A DNA stretch of 64,000 nt from Felis catus. Taxonomy: Eukaryota. The notes beneath the pieces are model-generated. The model saw nothing but the letters and a program-made list of their open reading frames with translations, was not told the origin of the DNA and ran no database searches. The stretch spans positions 81,222,001 to 81,286,000 of the forward strand of contig NC_058368.1 of assembly GCF_018350175.1 (NCBI RefSeq), written 5' to 3'. Made by a program: the position numbers and the translations under genes. This document shows positions 49,898 to 62,807 of the stretch, in pieces. Numbering within the stretch: position 1 is the first letter of the stretch; every line of letters starts with the position of its first letter.

Positions 49898-51632
49898 ATG
49901 GAAAACCCACAGCAATCATCACACTCAAGGAGGAAAAACTGAGATTTTCCGTCACTTTTATTCAACACAGTCCTGGAAGTCCTAGCCGTAGTAACCAGGC
50001 AACAAACAGAAATAAAAGGCATCCAGACTGGTAAGGAAGAAGTAAAACTTTCAGTGTTTACAGGTGACATGATATTATATAGAGAAAACCCAAAGACTCC
50101 ACCAAAAAACTACCAGAACCGATGAATGAATTCAGTAAGGTCACAGGATACAAAATCAACATACAGAAATCCGTTGCATTTCTATCCAGCAAAAATGAAG
50201 CAGCAGAAAGAGAAATGAAGAAACCAATCCCATTTACAAATGCACCCAAAATAATGAAGCACCTAGGAATAAACTTGACCAAAGAGGTGAAAGAAAGAGC
50301 TGTACCCTGAAACTATGAAACACGGATGAAAGAAATTCAAGACGACTAAAAGAGATGGAAAGACATTCCATGCTCGTGGATTGGAAGAACCAATATTGTT
50401 AAAATGTCCACACCATCCAAAGCAACATACACATTTAATGCAATCCCTATCAAAATACCAACAGCATTTTTCACAGAGCTAGAACACGCAATCCTCAAAT
50501 TTGTATGGAACCACAAAAGACCCTGATTAGCCAAAGCAACTGAAAAAGAAAAACAAAGCCAGAAGTATCCCAATTCCAGATTTCAAGTTATACTACAAAG
50601 CTGTAATCATGAAAACAGTATAAAAATAGATACGAAGATCAATGCAACAAGGTAGAACACCCAGAAGTCAACCCACAACTATATGGTCAATTAATCTTTG
50701 ACAAAGCAGGAATGAATATACAATGGGCAAAAGACAAGCTCTTCAACAAAGAAATTGATGATGTTGGGAAAACTACCCAGCTACGTGCGAAAGAATGAAA
50801 CTGGACCACTTTCATACACCATACACAAAAATAAACTCAAGATGGGTTAAGAACCTAAGTGTGAGACCTGAAACCATAAAAATCCTGGAGGAGAACACAG
50901 GCAGTAATTTCTCTGACATGAGCTGTAACAACATTTTTCTAGATATGTCTCCTGAGGGAAGGGAAACAAAAGCAAAAATAAACTACTGGGACTATATCAA
51001 AATAAATAAAAATCTTCTGCACAGTGAAGGAAACAATCAACAAAACCAAAAGTCACCCTACTGAGTGGGAGAAGATGTTTTCAAATGACGTATCTGATAA
51101 GGGGCTGGCATCCGAAATATATAAAGAACTGATACAACCCAATACCAAAAACCAAATAATCCAATTAAAAATGGGCAGAAGACATGAATAGACATTTCTC
51201 CAAAGAAGACATCCAGATGGCCCACAGACACATGAAAAGATGCTCAACATCACTCATCATCTGGGAAATACAAATCAAAACCACAATGAGACACCACCTC
51301 ACACCTGTCAGAATGGCTAAACTCATCAATACAAGAAACAACAGGTGTTAGGGAGGATGTGGAGAAAAGGGAAGGAACCCTCATGCACTGTTGATGGGAA
51401 TGCGAACTGGTGCAGCCACCTTGGAAAATAGTATGAAGGTTCCTTAAAAAGTAAAAAATAGAACTACCCTCTGATCCAGTAATCATGCTATTGGGTGTTT
51501 ATCCAAAAATACAAAAAAAACTAATTCAAAGGGATACATGCACCCTTGTTTATTGCAGCATTATTTATAACAGCCAAGATATGGAAGCAGCCAAAGTGTC
51601 TATCCATAGATGAAGGATAAAGAAGATATGAC

Positions 51633-51674
<42 letters not shown>

Positions 51675-51846
51675 CATACACACACAAGGGAATATTACTC
51701 AGCCATTGAAAAGAATGAAATCTCTCCATTTGCAACAATGTGGATAGAGCTAGAGAGAGGGCAAAGTAAATCAGAGCATGACAAATACCATATGATCTGA
51801 CTCATGTGTGATCTAAGAAACAAAACAAATGAGCAAAGGAGATGAA

Positions 51847-51879
<33 letters not shown>

Positions 51880-52052
51880 CTCTTAACTACAGAGAACACG
51901 CTGATGGTTCCCAGAGGGGAGGTGGGTGAGGGATGGGGATTAAGGAGGGCACTTACCGTGATGAGTGGAAGTGTTGTATGGAAGTGTTCATTCACTATAC
52001 ATACACATGAAGCTGATATAACTGTATGTTGATTACACTGGAATTAAAAACT
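49898..52052 (+). mobile_element. 5'-truncated carnivore L1 (ORF2 RT/C-terminal remnant + 3' UTR), inactive
   Basis: Frameshifted ORF2 pieces ([37 protein letters not shown]); RT motif reads [13 protein letters not shown] at 50042-50080 versus canonical FADDM; internal (TA)n(CA)n near 51632-51686. Confidence 0.95.
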
Positions 52053-52949
52053 TAATAGGAAAATACTGGGTATGTTGGAGGGAGCTGCCCATCCTCCCAG
52101 GGCACTGTCTTTTGAGCAAAGTTTGGGAATATCTGAGCTGGAGCAAAGTTTGAGAATATCTGAGCTCATAATCCTTATGAGGGAAACAATTGCAACAGGA
52201 AGAATGTTCCCCTGCTGTGGCTGCCTCCAGAGTTTAGCCATGTATCTTTGAAGTCGACTCCGAAGCCCAGTTATACAACAAAGTCACTCTTCTGGGATAA
52301 CTTAATTTCTGCAGATGGTCTTTTAAATGTTAGAAAATACCATAACAAAGTGAGTGCCTGAAATCCCAAACCCGCTGCTCAGTGAATGAATCGGCTCTAT
52401 GCCCTTGCCAGGTCTGTCACAGATATTTCTTTATGCCGCTTTACCCGACTCTCACTTCACTTATCAATTAAATACGTACTGTGTCACGTCTGTTTCTGCG
52501 AAGGACACCAGCTAACCCCTAGAGGTGCCCAGATGACTAATTCTGTGACGTATTTCCAAAGGGCTTGTGGTCAGAAGATGTAGCTATGTGAGTGACCATG
52601 GCACGTGATGACAGATTGTCTTCACCAGAGACCAGGATATGGCTCTGGGGGAGGGAAGCCCACCCTTGGCCGAGGGTCAAGGGGGACTCGTGGCTGAGGA
52701 GCATTTAAGAGACCCTTGAACCCTTCACATGCATCCGGGCACTGGTGCCAAAGGCCTACGTTCTTAGAATACTTTCTTGCTAAGTCGGCATTATAAATAC
52801 GATTTTTACCCCTAAAGTGTTCTTTCTCACCTTGCTTTCTGTTCGGTTCCAGGAGATTGCTGTAAAATCACTAGGCACAGCTCCCCACCCGTCCCCGTGC
52901 AGCTCTCCAGAGAGCAGCAAGGTCCTTCCCATTTTCCCATTTACTTTCA

Positions 52950-53560
52950 AATCTCTCACCTTTGTCAATTAACAGCAGATCCTAACTGCACGTGAAAGAA
53001 ATCTCGGTGCCTTTTAATTTCAATCCCAGTTGATTTGACATCCACGTTTATACTGTTACTTTGTGGAACTAGCAACAGGGGCAATTGAAATGCAGAAACT
53101 TGCATCCACAGGTGTGCCATATTTGCATTTCATGAGTGGTCTCTGGTGAATAGAGTTTATACATTCTCTCCTGAATGAACACAGCGGTGGCAGAGGCAGC
53201 ACTGAGGACGCCCAGGCCACCTCCTAGCAACCGCCAGGTTTCCAAGGGCAAATAGCTCCTTCCGACCCTAAGCAACTAGACGAGAACATCAAAACATGCC
53301 TCGCACCAGACCTCCAGGACCCATTACTGTGAGGAGCTGTTACCTCGGTCGTGAGTGACAGAGCCCTAATTATTAAGGTAATTAGAAGTTATAACACTGG
53401 CAATATTAAAGGGAGAACTTCTAGAGCCCATTAACAATGTTACTTTAAGTGATCTGGCTGTGAACTGTTCAAATCTCTAATTACATTATACGTCTGTCTT
53501 AAAGGGTGATGTAATTAACTGATGGGAGCAGGGATTAATGTATACTGACGGCTGGTAACA
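52950..53560. promoter_or_regulatory. Candidate enhancer block between two L1s
   Basis: tgtcaattaac, ATTTGCAT (53121-53128), ctaattattaaggtaattag, cattaacaatg, ctaattac, gtaattaac, ggattaatg. Confidence 0.45.
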
Positions 53561-54009
53561 CTCGTAAGTACTATTTTCACAGGAACGGCTGCAACAATGC
53601 CATTTACTGTTCTTGCACTTAACTGTATACACTGTGTAGCTAAAAAAAAAAACAAAAAATCCTGACCTTGATACATTTGTGTGCCATTTTAGGCACAGGT
53701 ATTTTTGTTCCTTCTTTTCCTTATTTAATGCGTTTCTGTACATATATGGTGTATTCACCTAAACGTGGTTAAAGATAAATCGAGGTAACTTTAGTTTATA
53801 CATACAATGCAGATTCTATTTTTTTAGTGCATATAGACTTGGAAACAGTATGCCTTTCTATCTACTGCGGGATCCGTTTGCTCTGGTGACTTAAAGTTAC
53901 AAAGAAAATCTTCAAGTAATTAATATACCATTGAATTTTTTTTTCTTTTGTGGCACAAATAATAAGTTTTACAGTGCACACATCATGCCTTGGTTCTCCA
54001 CAAATATTT

Positions 54010-55798
54010 GTTTTAATTTTATTTTTTATTTTTTAAAATTTACATGCAAATTAGCATATAGCAAAACAATGATTTCAGGAGTAGATTCCAGTGATTCATC
54101 CCCTATGTATAACACCCAGTGCTCGTCCCAACAAGTGTCCTCCCTAAAGCCCCTTGCCCATTTAGCCATCCCCACTCACAACCCCTCCAGCAACCCTCAG
54201 TTAGTTTTCCATATTTATCAGTCTCTTCTGTTTTGTCCCCCTCCCTGTTTTATGTTATTTTTGTTTCCCTTCCCTTATATTCATCTGTTTTGTCTCTTAA
54301 AGTCTTCATATGAGTGAAGTCATATGATTTTTGTCTTTCTCTGACTAATTTCACTTAGCATAATATCCTCCAGTTCCATCCACGTAGTTGCAAATGGCAA
54401 GATTTCACTCTTTTTTATTGCCGAGAAATACTCCATTGTATATATATACCACATCTTCTTTATCCATCCATCCATCGATGGACATTTGGGCTCTTTCCAT
54501 ACTTTGGCTATTGTTGGTAGTGCTGCTATAAACATGGGGGTGCATGTGTCCCTTTGAAACAGCACACTTGTATCCCTTGGATAAATGCCTAGTAGTGCAA
54601 TTGCTGGGTCGTAGGGTTGTTCTATTTTTAGTTTTTTGAGGAACCTCCATACTGTTTTCCAGAGTAAAACAGTGGCTGCACCAGTTTACATTCCCACCAA
54701 CAATGCAAAACAGATCCTCTTTCTCCACATCCTCACCAACATCTGTTGTTGCCTGAGTTGTTAAAGTTAGCCATTCGGACAGGGGTGAGGTGGTATCTCA
54801 TGTGGTTTTGATTTGTATTTCCCTGATGATGAGTGATGTGGAGCATTTTTTCATGTGTCGGTTGGCCATCTGGATGTCTTCTTTGGAGAAGTGTCTATTC
54901 ATGTCTTTTGCCCATTTCTTCACTGGATTATTTGTTTCTTGGGTGTTGAGTTTGATAAGTTCTTTGTAGATTTTGGATACTAACCCTTTATCTGAGATGT
55001 CATTTGCAAATATCTTCTCCCATTCTGTTGGTTGCCTTTTAGTTCTGCTGATTGTTTCCTTCGCTGTGCAGAAGCTTTTTATTTTGATGAGGTCCCAGTA
55101 GTTCATTTTTGCTTTTGTTTCCCTTGTCTCTGGAGATGTGTTGAGTAAGAAGCTGCTGTGGCCTAGGTCAAAGAGGTTTTTGTCTGCTTTCTCCTCGAGG
55201 ATTTTTGATGGCTTCCTGTCTTACATTGAGGTCTTTCATCCATTTTGAGTTTATTTTTGTGTCTGGTGTAAGAAAGTGGTCCAGGTTCATTCTTCTGCAT
55301 GTTGCTGTCCAGTTTTCCCAGCACCACTTGAAGAGACTGTCTTTATTCCATTGGATGTTATTTCTTGCTTTGTCAAAGATTAGTTGGCCATACGTTTGTG
55401 GGTCCATTTCTGGGTTCTCTATTCTGTTCCATTGATCTGAGTGTCTGTTCTTGTGCCAGTACCATATTGTCTTGATGATTATAGCTTTGTAGTATAGCTT
55501 GAAGTCTGGGATTGTGATGCCTCCTGCTTTGGTTTTCTTTTTCAAGATTGCTTTGGTTATTCGGGGTCTTTTCTGGTTCCATACAAATTTTAGGATTGTT
55601 TGTTCTAGCTCTGTGATGAATGCTGGTGTTACTTTGATAGGGATTGCATTGAATATGTAGATTTCTTTAGGTAGTATCGACATTTTAACAATATTTGTTC
55701 TTCCTATCCAGGAGCATGGAATCTTTTTCCATTTTTTTGTGCCTTCTTCAATTTCTTTCATAAGCTTTCTATAGTTTTCAGTGTATAAATTTTTCACA
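54010..55798 (-). mobile_element. 5'-truncated felid L1 (~1.8 kb) with perfect 15-bp TSD
   Basis: ORFs 55168..55827, 54798..55106 and 54320..54565 (-) are consecutive ORF2 pieces; TSD tctccacaaatattt at 53995-54009 and 55799-55813. Confidence 0.98.
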
Positions 55799-56028
55799 TC
55801 TCCACAAATATTTATCGTGAAATCCAATTTGCTTTTTAGTTAAGACCTAGTAAGATTTGCTCATTTATTACAAACCATCTATGATCAAAAATTAGACTTC
55901 CAGAAATGACAATATTTCATTTTGCCTTTATTGAGACCTTTGCTTTTTCTCAGTCCTCTTTCATTTGAAAATCATCAGCTACTTCACGATATGTGTCATG
56001 TGCAAATATTGAAAATGCCCCCACTCTT

Positions 56029-56259
56029 GGGGCGCCTGGGTGGCGCAGTCGGTTAAGCGTCCGACTTCAACCAGGTCACGATCTTGCGGTTTGTGAGTTC
56101 GAGCCCCGCATCAGGCTCTGGGCTGATGGCTCGGAGCCTGGAGCCTGTTTCCGATTCTGTGTCTCCCTCTCTCTCTGCCCCTCCCCCATTCATGCTCTGT
56201 CTCTCTCTGTCCCAAAAATAAATAAAAAACATTGAAAAAAAATTAAAAAAAAATAAAAT
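56029..56259 (+). mobile_element. Very young felid Can-SINE with 16-bp TSD
   Basis: gtggcgcagtcggttaagcgtccgacttc...ctctgggctgatggctc variant; TSD aaaatgcccccactct at 56012-56027 and 56260-56275. Confidence 0.98.
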
Positions 56260-56675
56260 AAAATGCCCCCACTCTCATCTACATGTGTCCCCGCCCTGTG
56301 GCCTTCACAGTGGACTCAAGCTAATGTTCGGGCCTCGGTCTCTGGACCAAACAGCACCCTCTCCTCCTCCCTCCTGTCTGCCTCCAGCTGTCCGTCTGTG
56401 GCTGCTGCCCGGTGTCAAGGCGCAGGGGGGATGGCCCCACTCACCCCACTCCATCTGCTGAGGGAAGAGCCATCACAGGGGCACCTCCAACTCCTCTCTC
56501 GGGGTTCTGGGCATCACACTCGCACATGGACTCTGCTCACAAGTTCAGGTGCAGAACAGCGATCCGTAGAGAGAGAAGAAAGGAGTGTGGGGCCCACTTT
56601 TGGTGGCTTATTATACTTCATGCTGAAGGAATGGGAAATGTGGACCCCTAGACTTGCCTTCTAAAGTCCCCTCCT

Positions 56676-57352
56676 AGAGGATGTGGAGAAACGGGAACCC
56701 TCTTGCACTGTTGGTGGGAATGCAAACTGGTGCAGCCACTCTGGAAAACAGTGTGGAGGTTCATCAAAAAATTAAAAATATACCTACCTTATGACCCAGC
56801 AGTAGCACTGCTAGGAATTTACCCAAGGGATACAGGAATACTGATGCATAGGGGCACTTGTACCCCAATGTTTATAGCAGCACTCTCAACAATAGCCAAA
56901 TTGTGGAAAGAGCCTAAATATCCATCAACTGATGAATGGATAAAGAAATTGTGGTTTATATACACAATGGAGTACTACGTGGCAATGAGAAAGAATGAAA
57001 TATGGCCCTTTGTAGCAACGTGGATGGAACTGGAGAGTGTGATGCTAAGTGAAATAAGCCATACAGAGAAAGACAGATACCTATGTTTTCACTCTTATGT
57101 GGATCCTGAGAAACTTAACAGAAACCCATGGGGGAGGGCAAGGAAAAAAAAAAAAGAGGTTAGAATGGGAGAAAGCCAAAGCATAAGAGACTCTTAAAAA
57201 CTGAGAACAAACTGAGGGTTGATGGGGGGTGGGAGGGAGGGGAGTGTAGATGATGGGTATTGAAGAGGGCATCTTTTGGGATGAGCACTGGGTGTTGTGT
57301 GGAAACCAATCTGACAATAAATTTCATATATTAAAAATAATAATAATAAAAA
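56676..57352 (+). mobile_element. Young 5'-truncated felid L1 with 14-bp TSD
   Basis: Open ORF2 C-terminus [18 protein letters not shown]...TWMELESVMLSEIS; TSD taaagtccc(c/g)tcct at 56662-56675 and 57353-57366. Confidence 0.98.
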
Positions 57353-57607
57353 TAAAGTCCCGTCCTGTCTCGGGACTGTGTCCAGAGCCCGGGGGTGACA
57401 CCCTTGGAAAGGAAGAACTGAGCGTGAGGGAAAAGAACAAAGCCTTTCTGGGGGATTAGGATGTACTGTGTTCCAGGTCTAACGATGTGCACAAGGTGAC
57501 CTGATACAGCCGCAGTACCCCCAGTGGGAGATTTCCCCAAGGTCTGATTCCATCCAACTCTGAAGAAGCGGGAAAGTGGCCGCGTGCCTGCCCATCCTGT
57601 GCTTTCT

Positions 57608-57645
57608 TTTTTTTTTTTTAATTTTGTTTAATGCTTTTATTTAGT

Positions 57646-57684
<39 letters not shown>

Positions 57685-57852
57685 ATATGAGCAGGGGAGG
57701 AGCAGAGAGAGAGGGAGACACAGAATCCAAAGCAGGCTCCAGGCTCCAAGCTGTCAGCACAGAGCTCGACGCGGGACTCGAACTCACGGGCTGTGACATC
57801 ATGACCTGAGCTGAAGTCAGACGCTTAACTTACTGAGCCACCCAGGCACCCC
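57608..57852 (-). mobile_element. Can-SINE (SINEC_Fc-type) with (GA)n tract
   Basis: T tail, (GA)n, ends gagccacccaggcacccc; TSD ccYgtgctttct at about 57596-57607 and 57858-57869. Confidence 0.96.
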
Positions 57853-57932
57853 CCTTTCCCGTGCTTTCTGTCTCTGCAGTGGACACGCCTACCTGTCTCC
57901 CCAACAGCCACTCACACACACTTTCTTCTTTT

Positions 57933-58148
57933 GTAAAAATTTTTTAACATTTTTATTTATTTTTGAGAGACAGAGAGAGCGCCCAAGCAGGGGAGGGGCA
58001 GAGAGAGAAGGAGACACAGAATCCAAAGCAGGCTCCAGGCTCTTAGCTGTCAGCACAGAGCCCGATGCGGGGCTCGAACTCAAAGACTACAAGACCATGA
58101 CCTGAGCCGAAGTCGGACGCTTAAAGGACTGAGCCACGCAGGTGCCCT
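57933..58148 (-). mobile_element. Can-SINE (SINEC_Fc-type) with 13-bp TSD
   Basis: TSD actttcttctttt at 57920-57932 and 58149-58161. Confidence 0.96.
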
Positions 58149-58289
58149 ACTTTCTTCTTTTTTAATGAAAGCTTGATCTTTCTCAAGTCCCCACCATATT
58201 CCCTGTGATCACCTGCTTCAAGGGAAGGGGTCCCGGTCCCAACCCAAGGCATCAGCCTGTCACGGGCTCTGCTTCTGACAGAGGACGAT

Positions 58290-58642
58290 TAGGCATCTAA
58301 CCCATGATACTGTCCCCGCCCAGGAAGCACAGAGAGATTTCTTTGCTCATAGAATGGGACACGTAGGAACATATGTCCTCTTCCACCGTGGGACACCATC
58401 CTGAGAGAGCCAGGTCGTGTTGGAACACAACACCCGCTGTGGAAGCAGCCATGCAAACTGGCCGAGGACCACATGATACCTGAAGACGGCGGGAAGGAAA
58501 GATGGAAAGAACTGGGGCCCTTGTTCATCCAGTTAAAACCCAGAGACCAAACTTTGGGGCTTTTTAAATTTATGATGGAAACAAAGAATTTTCCTTATTG
58601 TTAAAAGCGGTTCAATTGGAGTTTTCTGTTACTCAAGGCCAC
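58290..58642 (+). mobile_element. Old MaLR LTR (MLT1J/K-like) fragment
   Basis: gaaagatggaaagaactggggccc...ccttattgttaaaagc...gttttctgttactc resembles an old MLT1 3' end. Confidence 0.55.
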
Positions 58643-59734
58643 AGTGTCCCCATTGCAACCCATTTCTTCTTATTTGGCTATTCTCATCACAGATGATCCT
58701 GAAAAAGAGCAAGAAAAAAAAAAAAGGCAATATTGGGTTATTCGTTCAAGGACAGAAGAGACCTTGAAGCTGGGAGCTCTGCTGAAAAACAGGAAGTCAG
58801 TCTGGCTCCTTAAAGTCGCCTCCCTCCACCCTGCCTCTCGGGCACCAAGCAGGAGGAGTGACCAACAACGAAGAAGGAGTAAGTAAATGAGGAGTGTGTT
58901 AGTGACATTGGAGCCATTGGGGCCTTCTTACAGCAGCATGACCTGGGAAGAGCTTTTCTGGGCTCAGAATACTTCTGTCTTAAGATAATTATACACCAGC
59001 CACCAGAGGCGTGGTCTGATGTCACGTTTTTCATGCCCTGTTTTCTTCACACTTGAGCTACACATCTCTTCCTGTTTAAGGACCAGCACCAGTTCTCAAG
59101 CAAAAATCTAATGATGCGAGTCTGTTCTTCTCACATTGCTTTAGAGAAAGAACACTTACAAAATTCCACCCATAACATGTCAGGGCATGGCCAGGGCTTC
59201 CGGAAAACCGTCTGTCGCAGCCTCTGGCTAAGGAGGGGACTTAGCACAGACGGGTTAACATCTGTGCGTGGCAAGCCCTCACTTCCACCATTACCATCCG
59301 GTGCACGCGTCAGCCTCAAAAGCGGGTCTCGTTTATTCCAATTCACAGATGCCTGAAAAGACTCAGAATCTTAAGTAACTTTCCCGAGGTCAATTCCAGA
59401 TTTCTAATCCACGTCTTTCTGATGACACAGCCAGGACTCTGCCAAGGCCTTTGGAAATATGTGATGAGAGAATTAAGGATTAATTTAATTGTTTAGGTAT
59501 TATCTTTCATTATGTGTTTGTTGTTTTTTCCAAAGCAAAGATTGCAATTTTATAAAACACGAACCCCAGCTCATTTGGATTTTGAAATTAGCCGTCGCCA
59601 AAATATATGGAACTGAATACGTTAAAATTGAAGTGTCCCCACTCCTTGCTCCCCGTGGTATGTGGGCCGCGTGCATCCGCTCTCAGAACGACTTTCAAGG
59701 GGACATTCATCTAAATGAGACACCGTCCATAGTT

Positions 59735-59748
59735 ACACACACACACAC

Positions 59749-59792
<44 letters not shown>
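59735..59792. repeat. (CA)n microsatellite with one interruption
   Basis: Directly visible. Confidence 0.98.
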
Positions 59793-59795
<3 letters not shown>

Positions 59796-61409
59796 TGGGA
59801 GACCTTTCCATGGCAGCAAGAGCTGAAGATCTCTGCTGCATCCCACCAGCACCAAACCCAAGGAAATGGGTAAATTAACTCCGCATGTGTGCATTTTCAT
59901 CTTCAGCATGTGGCAACATCTTCCTGCCTTTCTTTGGCGGTGTCCGTGATTTTGTACATGAAGAAAAGGATTGTGATCCTTAGCACTTTTTCACTCTCAA
60001 GGACACCGCTTTGTAAACACATTCAGATACGTCTCTCCTTGTGGGCACAGGGACCCCATGTGCAAGCCCCTTTCTCACTATGTGTCTCACGGGGCTCTGT
60101 CACACCTGTGTCTGTAAAAACAAGTCCGTTTTCTCAATGGTTTTCACTTAACCACAGCCAATGCTACCTAGAGCTAAGAGCTTATATTTTGCATATCTCA
60201 CAGTTAGAAGCCCATTGACAATATGCTTTCTGATAAAGTTTAACCTTTATTTGCTTTAGATGTCTCTGGATAAAATTATTGAGTCATTTTTATTCACTAT
60301 AAAACATCAGAGAATTAACTTGCAACACGTGGGAAGAGGTTGGTGAAAAAGGAAACCCTATGAAGTGTAAAGAATTTGAGCTAAAACTAGTGGGGTTATT
60401 AACATTTGAAAATTATGAACACTGCAGGAGCACTAAAGCATTTTCATTTTTAAGAGCATTCTATCAGAAACGCACTCTGAAAACGTGCAGAATTTGGGAC
60501 CTGTACAGTGAATAGAATTGAAATCGGATGAAGGCATTCACACCCTCAAAAGATTTTCTCGCCTTTTTTGTTTCTTTTTCCTTTCTTGCTAATAAGTACT
60601 GAATTCAAATTTTACTAGTACAAAACTAAGGTCTTGCAGAATCTTACGCTTCTGTAATAGTCTTGAACTACCTTATTCCAGGTGTGTGTGTTCATGGAGA
60701 TGCATGTCTACATGTGCATATGCTTGTATGCACGATGGAGTAACCACTTAATTCAAGGGGTTGTGCCTTTAACCACAGCAGATAGTCTTTGGTTGTTGTA
60801 GGTGGTTGTTTTGTTAGATCTAAGAGTTTCTAGGATCTCATTGTTTCATGAGCCAGTCAGTGTTCATAGAGGCAACCTTCAGCTTTTTCTGTAAAAGAAG
60901 TCAAACAAGGGTGTGGATGACTCAGACTCATGGATAGTCTGCTTAGCTGCACCAGAGACTGGTCCAGGGACCGTGGGCCAGTTCTAGAAACCCGACTCCT
61001 CTTCAGAAAAAGAACAGGAAAGCTACTCTCTTCCAATAGATCATTTCTTTTTCACTTGCTCGTAGCTCCAGGAGGCAGGAATCCCACGGGGGGACCGTCT
61101 CTCCATGCTGCCAAGCAATCAGCTTCTGAACTTGACTTTTTACTGTCAACAGCTCCCACTCTTCCAGCTAATTTTAATGAAACATTGTTGTAATCTTTCA
61201 TGAAAACTAGTTTTAATATTATCCAATGAGGACACGCTAGCCAATGTTCTTGGGAGCTAACCTAAGATTAAAACTGAGCTTCCGGGGCTTTGATAAAATA
61301 ATCTGATGATTATTTTATGATGTAACGAAGGACAGTATACTTAAAACACTCTTTTCTGAGATGGAAATAAGGGAGACTGGCACTGGCTCCCTATAAACTC
61401 AACTCCTCA

Positions 61410-62678
61410 CCAGGCTCTATATCAAGAGGGTAAGGTGCACCTGCGACCACATTAGGTTTTTGTCCATGTGAGTCACGTCTACAAATATTTACAAGGTTGA
61501 GAATTAACACTGATACATTTTAGAATGTTTAATAACTTATGTTAACAATAATATATAAAAGCAATGATAAATAAATATTGTTTTTAACCTGTTTTTATAA
61601 CTATATTTTCAAGAAAAAAAGAAGCAGTTTAGCAAGAAGAGTGGTGTTATTCTAAATCTGGCTTCGAGGTAGAGAGCTGAACTCCCATGTCTGCTTCAGT
61701 GTCTGGTCTGTTGTTGTCTGTAGTTTGGGTTGAAGTAGCTGGAAAAGGGAGAAGTGTTTTAATAGTCCTTTTAAATACCTGTGGATACGCTTCTTTGTTA
61801 CCACGAAATGTGACAGACGTTACTATGCTACCGTTAACTGCACTGTGGGATCTGAAAATCCCTGCGCGAACACTTTGTAGCATCTCACATGTGAATCCAT
61901 TGGCTAATCTTACATTTTGAGTGGATCTTTTAACCCGTTCGTGGCTTCATGACACTGTGCTCTGGTCATTTGGAAAAATCGTGCAAGTGACACATTTTGT
62001 TATACCATATTTGAAAATTACAATCATTACATACCACTGACTTCATCAGAAGAGAAAAGCCTTTACGACTTGGAAAACTGTGCTCATAGTAGTAAAAGCA
62101 ATTTTTCAAAAAGGTGCATTTTCATTTTCAAAATCAAATGTCATCCCTGGCAGCAAACGCTGCCAGTTACTTTCCTTGTCCACCTCAGGTCTTACTGCCC
62201 ACAGTGGGTCCGTCAGTTGTTCTTTGTGATAAAGACGGTGCTCTGCGGGGGAAAGAGGCTAGTTTAGCTGGCAACCCAAACAGCCTCACACTGCCCCCAC
62301 GGACAACAGGTGCACCTCTGTGCACACCCTTCCCATTTCCTTGCACAGAATGCTGAAAAGACACACTCCCAGGTCAACAATGATCAAAAGGAACAATTTC
62401 TACACACCATCAAGGCCGTTCGTAAGTACAACCGGCATTATTATTTTTTTCCTGGGAACACGTGGCAGTGATGCATACTGTGACGACCAGCACACTTAGG
62501 GGCTGCTGCCTGGATTTGGGCTCAGACCCCAGCGGTTTGCCCACTGGTGGTTCTGCACCACTGCTTCAACGCCAGCACCACCTGCTGTATCATGAAAACA
62601 TTTTGGAACTTGGGAATGTTTATAAGGATTTTGGGGTTCGCCAGGTGCCTATGTACCTACCACATTGTGAAAATTGCT
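61410..62678 (-). mobile_element. Charlie1-like hAT DNA transposon relic with decayed transposase
   Basis: ORF 61647..61883(-) YPQVFKRTIKTLLPFP...EADMGVQLSTSKPD resembles the hAT dimerisation domain; the minus strand also gives TEVHLLS (cf. TEVRWLS); nucleotide match to recalled Charlie1. Confidence 0.8.
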
Positions 62679-62684
62679 CAATTA

Positions 62685-62807
62685 GGGGCACCTGACTGTC
62701 TCAGTCAGTAGAGCATGAGATCTTGGGGTTATGAGTTCAAGCCCCATACTGGGTGTAGAGATTCCTTACAAATAAAATCTCGACAGAGAGAGAGAAACAG
62801 AGAGAGC
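62685..62807 (+). mobile_element. Short tRNA-like Can-SINE
   Basis: ggggcacctgactgtctcagtcagtagagcatg...gagttcaagccccatactgggtgtagag; degenerate TSD aaatYgctMaattag on both sides. Confidence 0.88.

Noticed and set aside
54320..55827. Protein-like ORFs as a host gene
   Set aside because: Frameshifted, 5'-truncated L1 ORF2 pieces bounded by a TSD.
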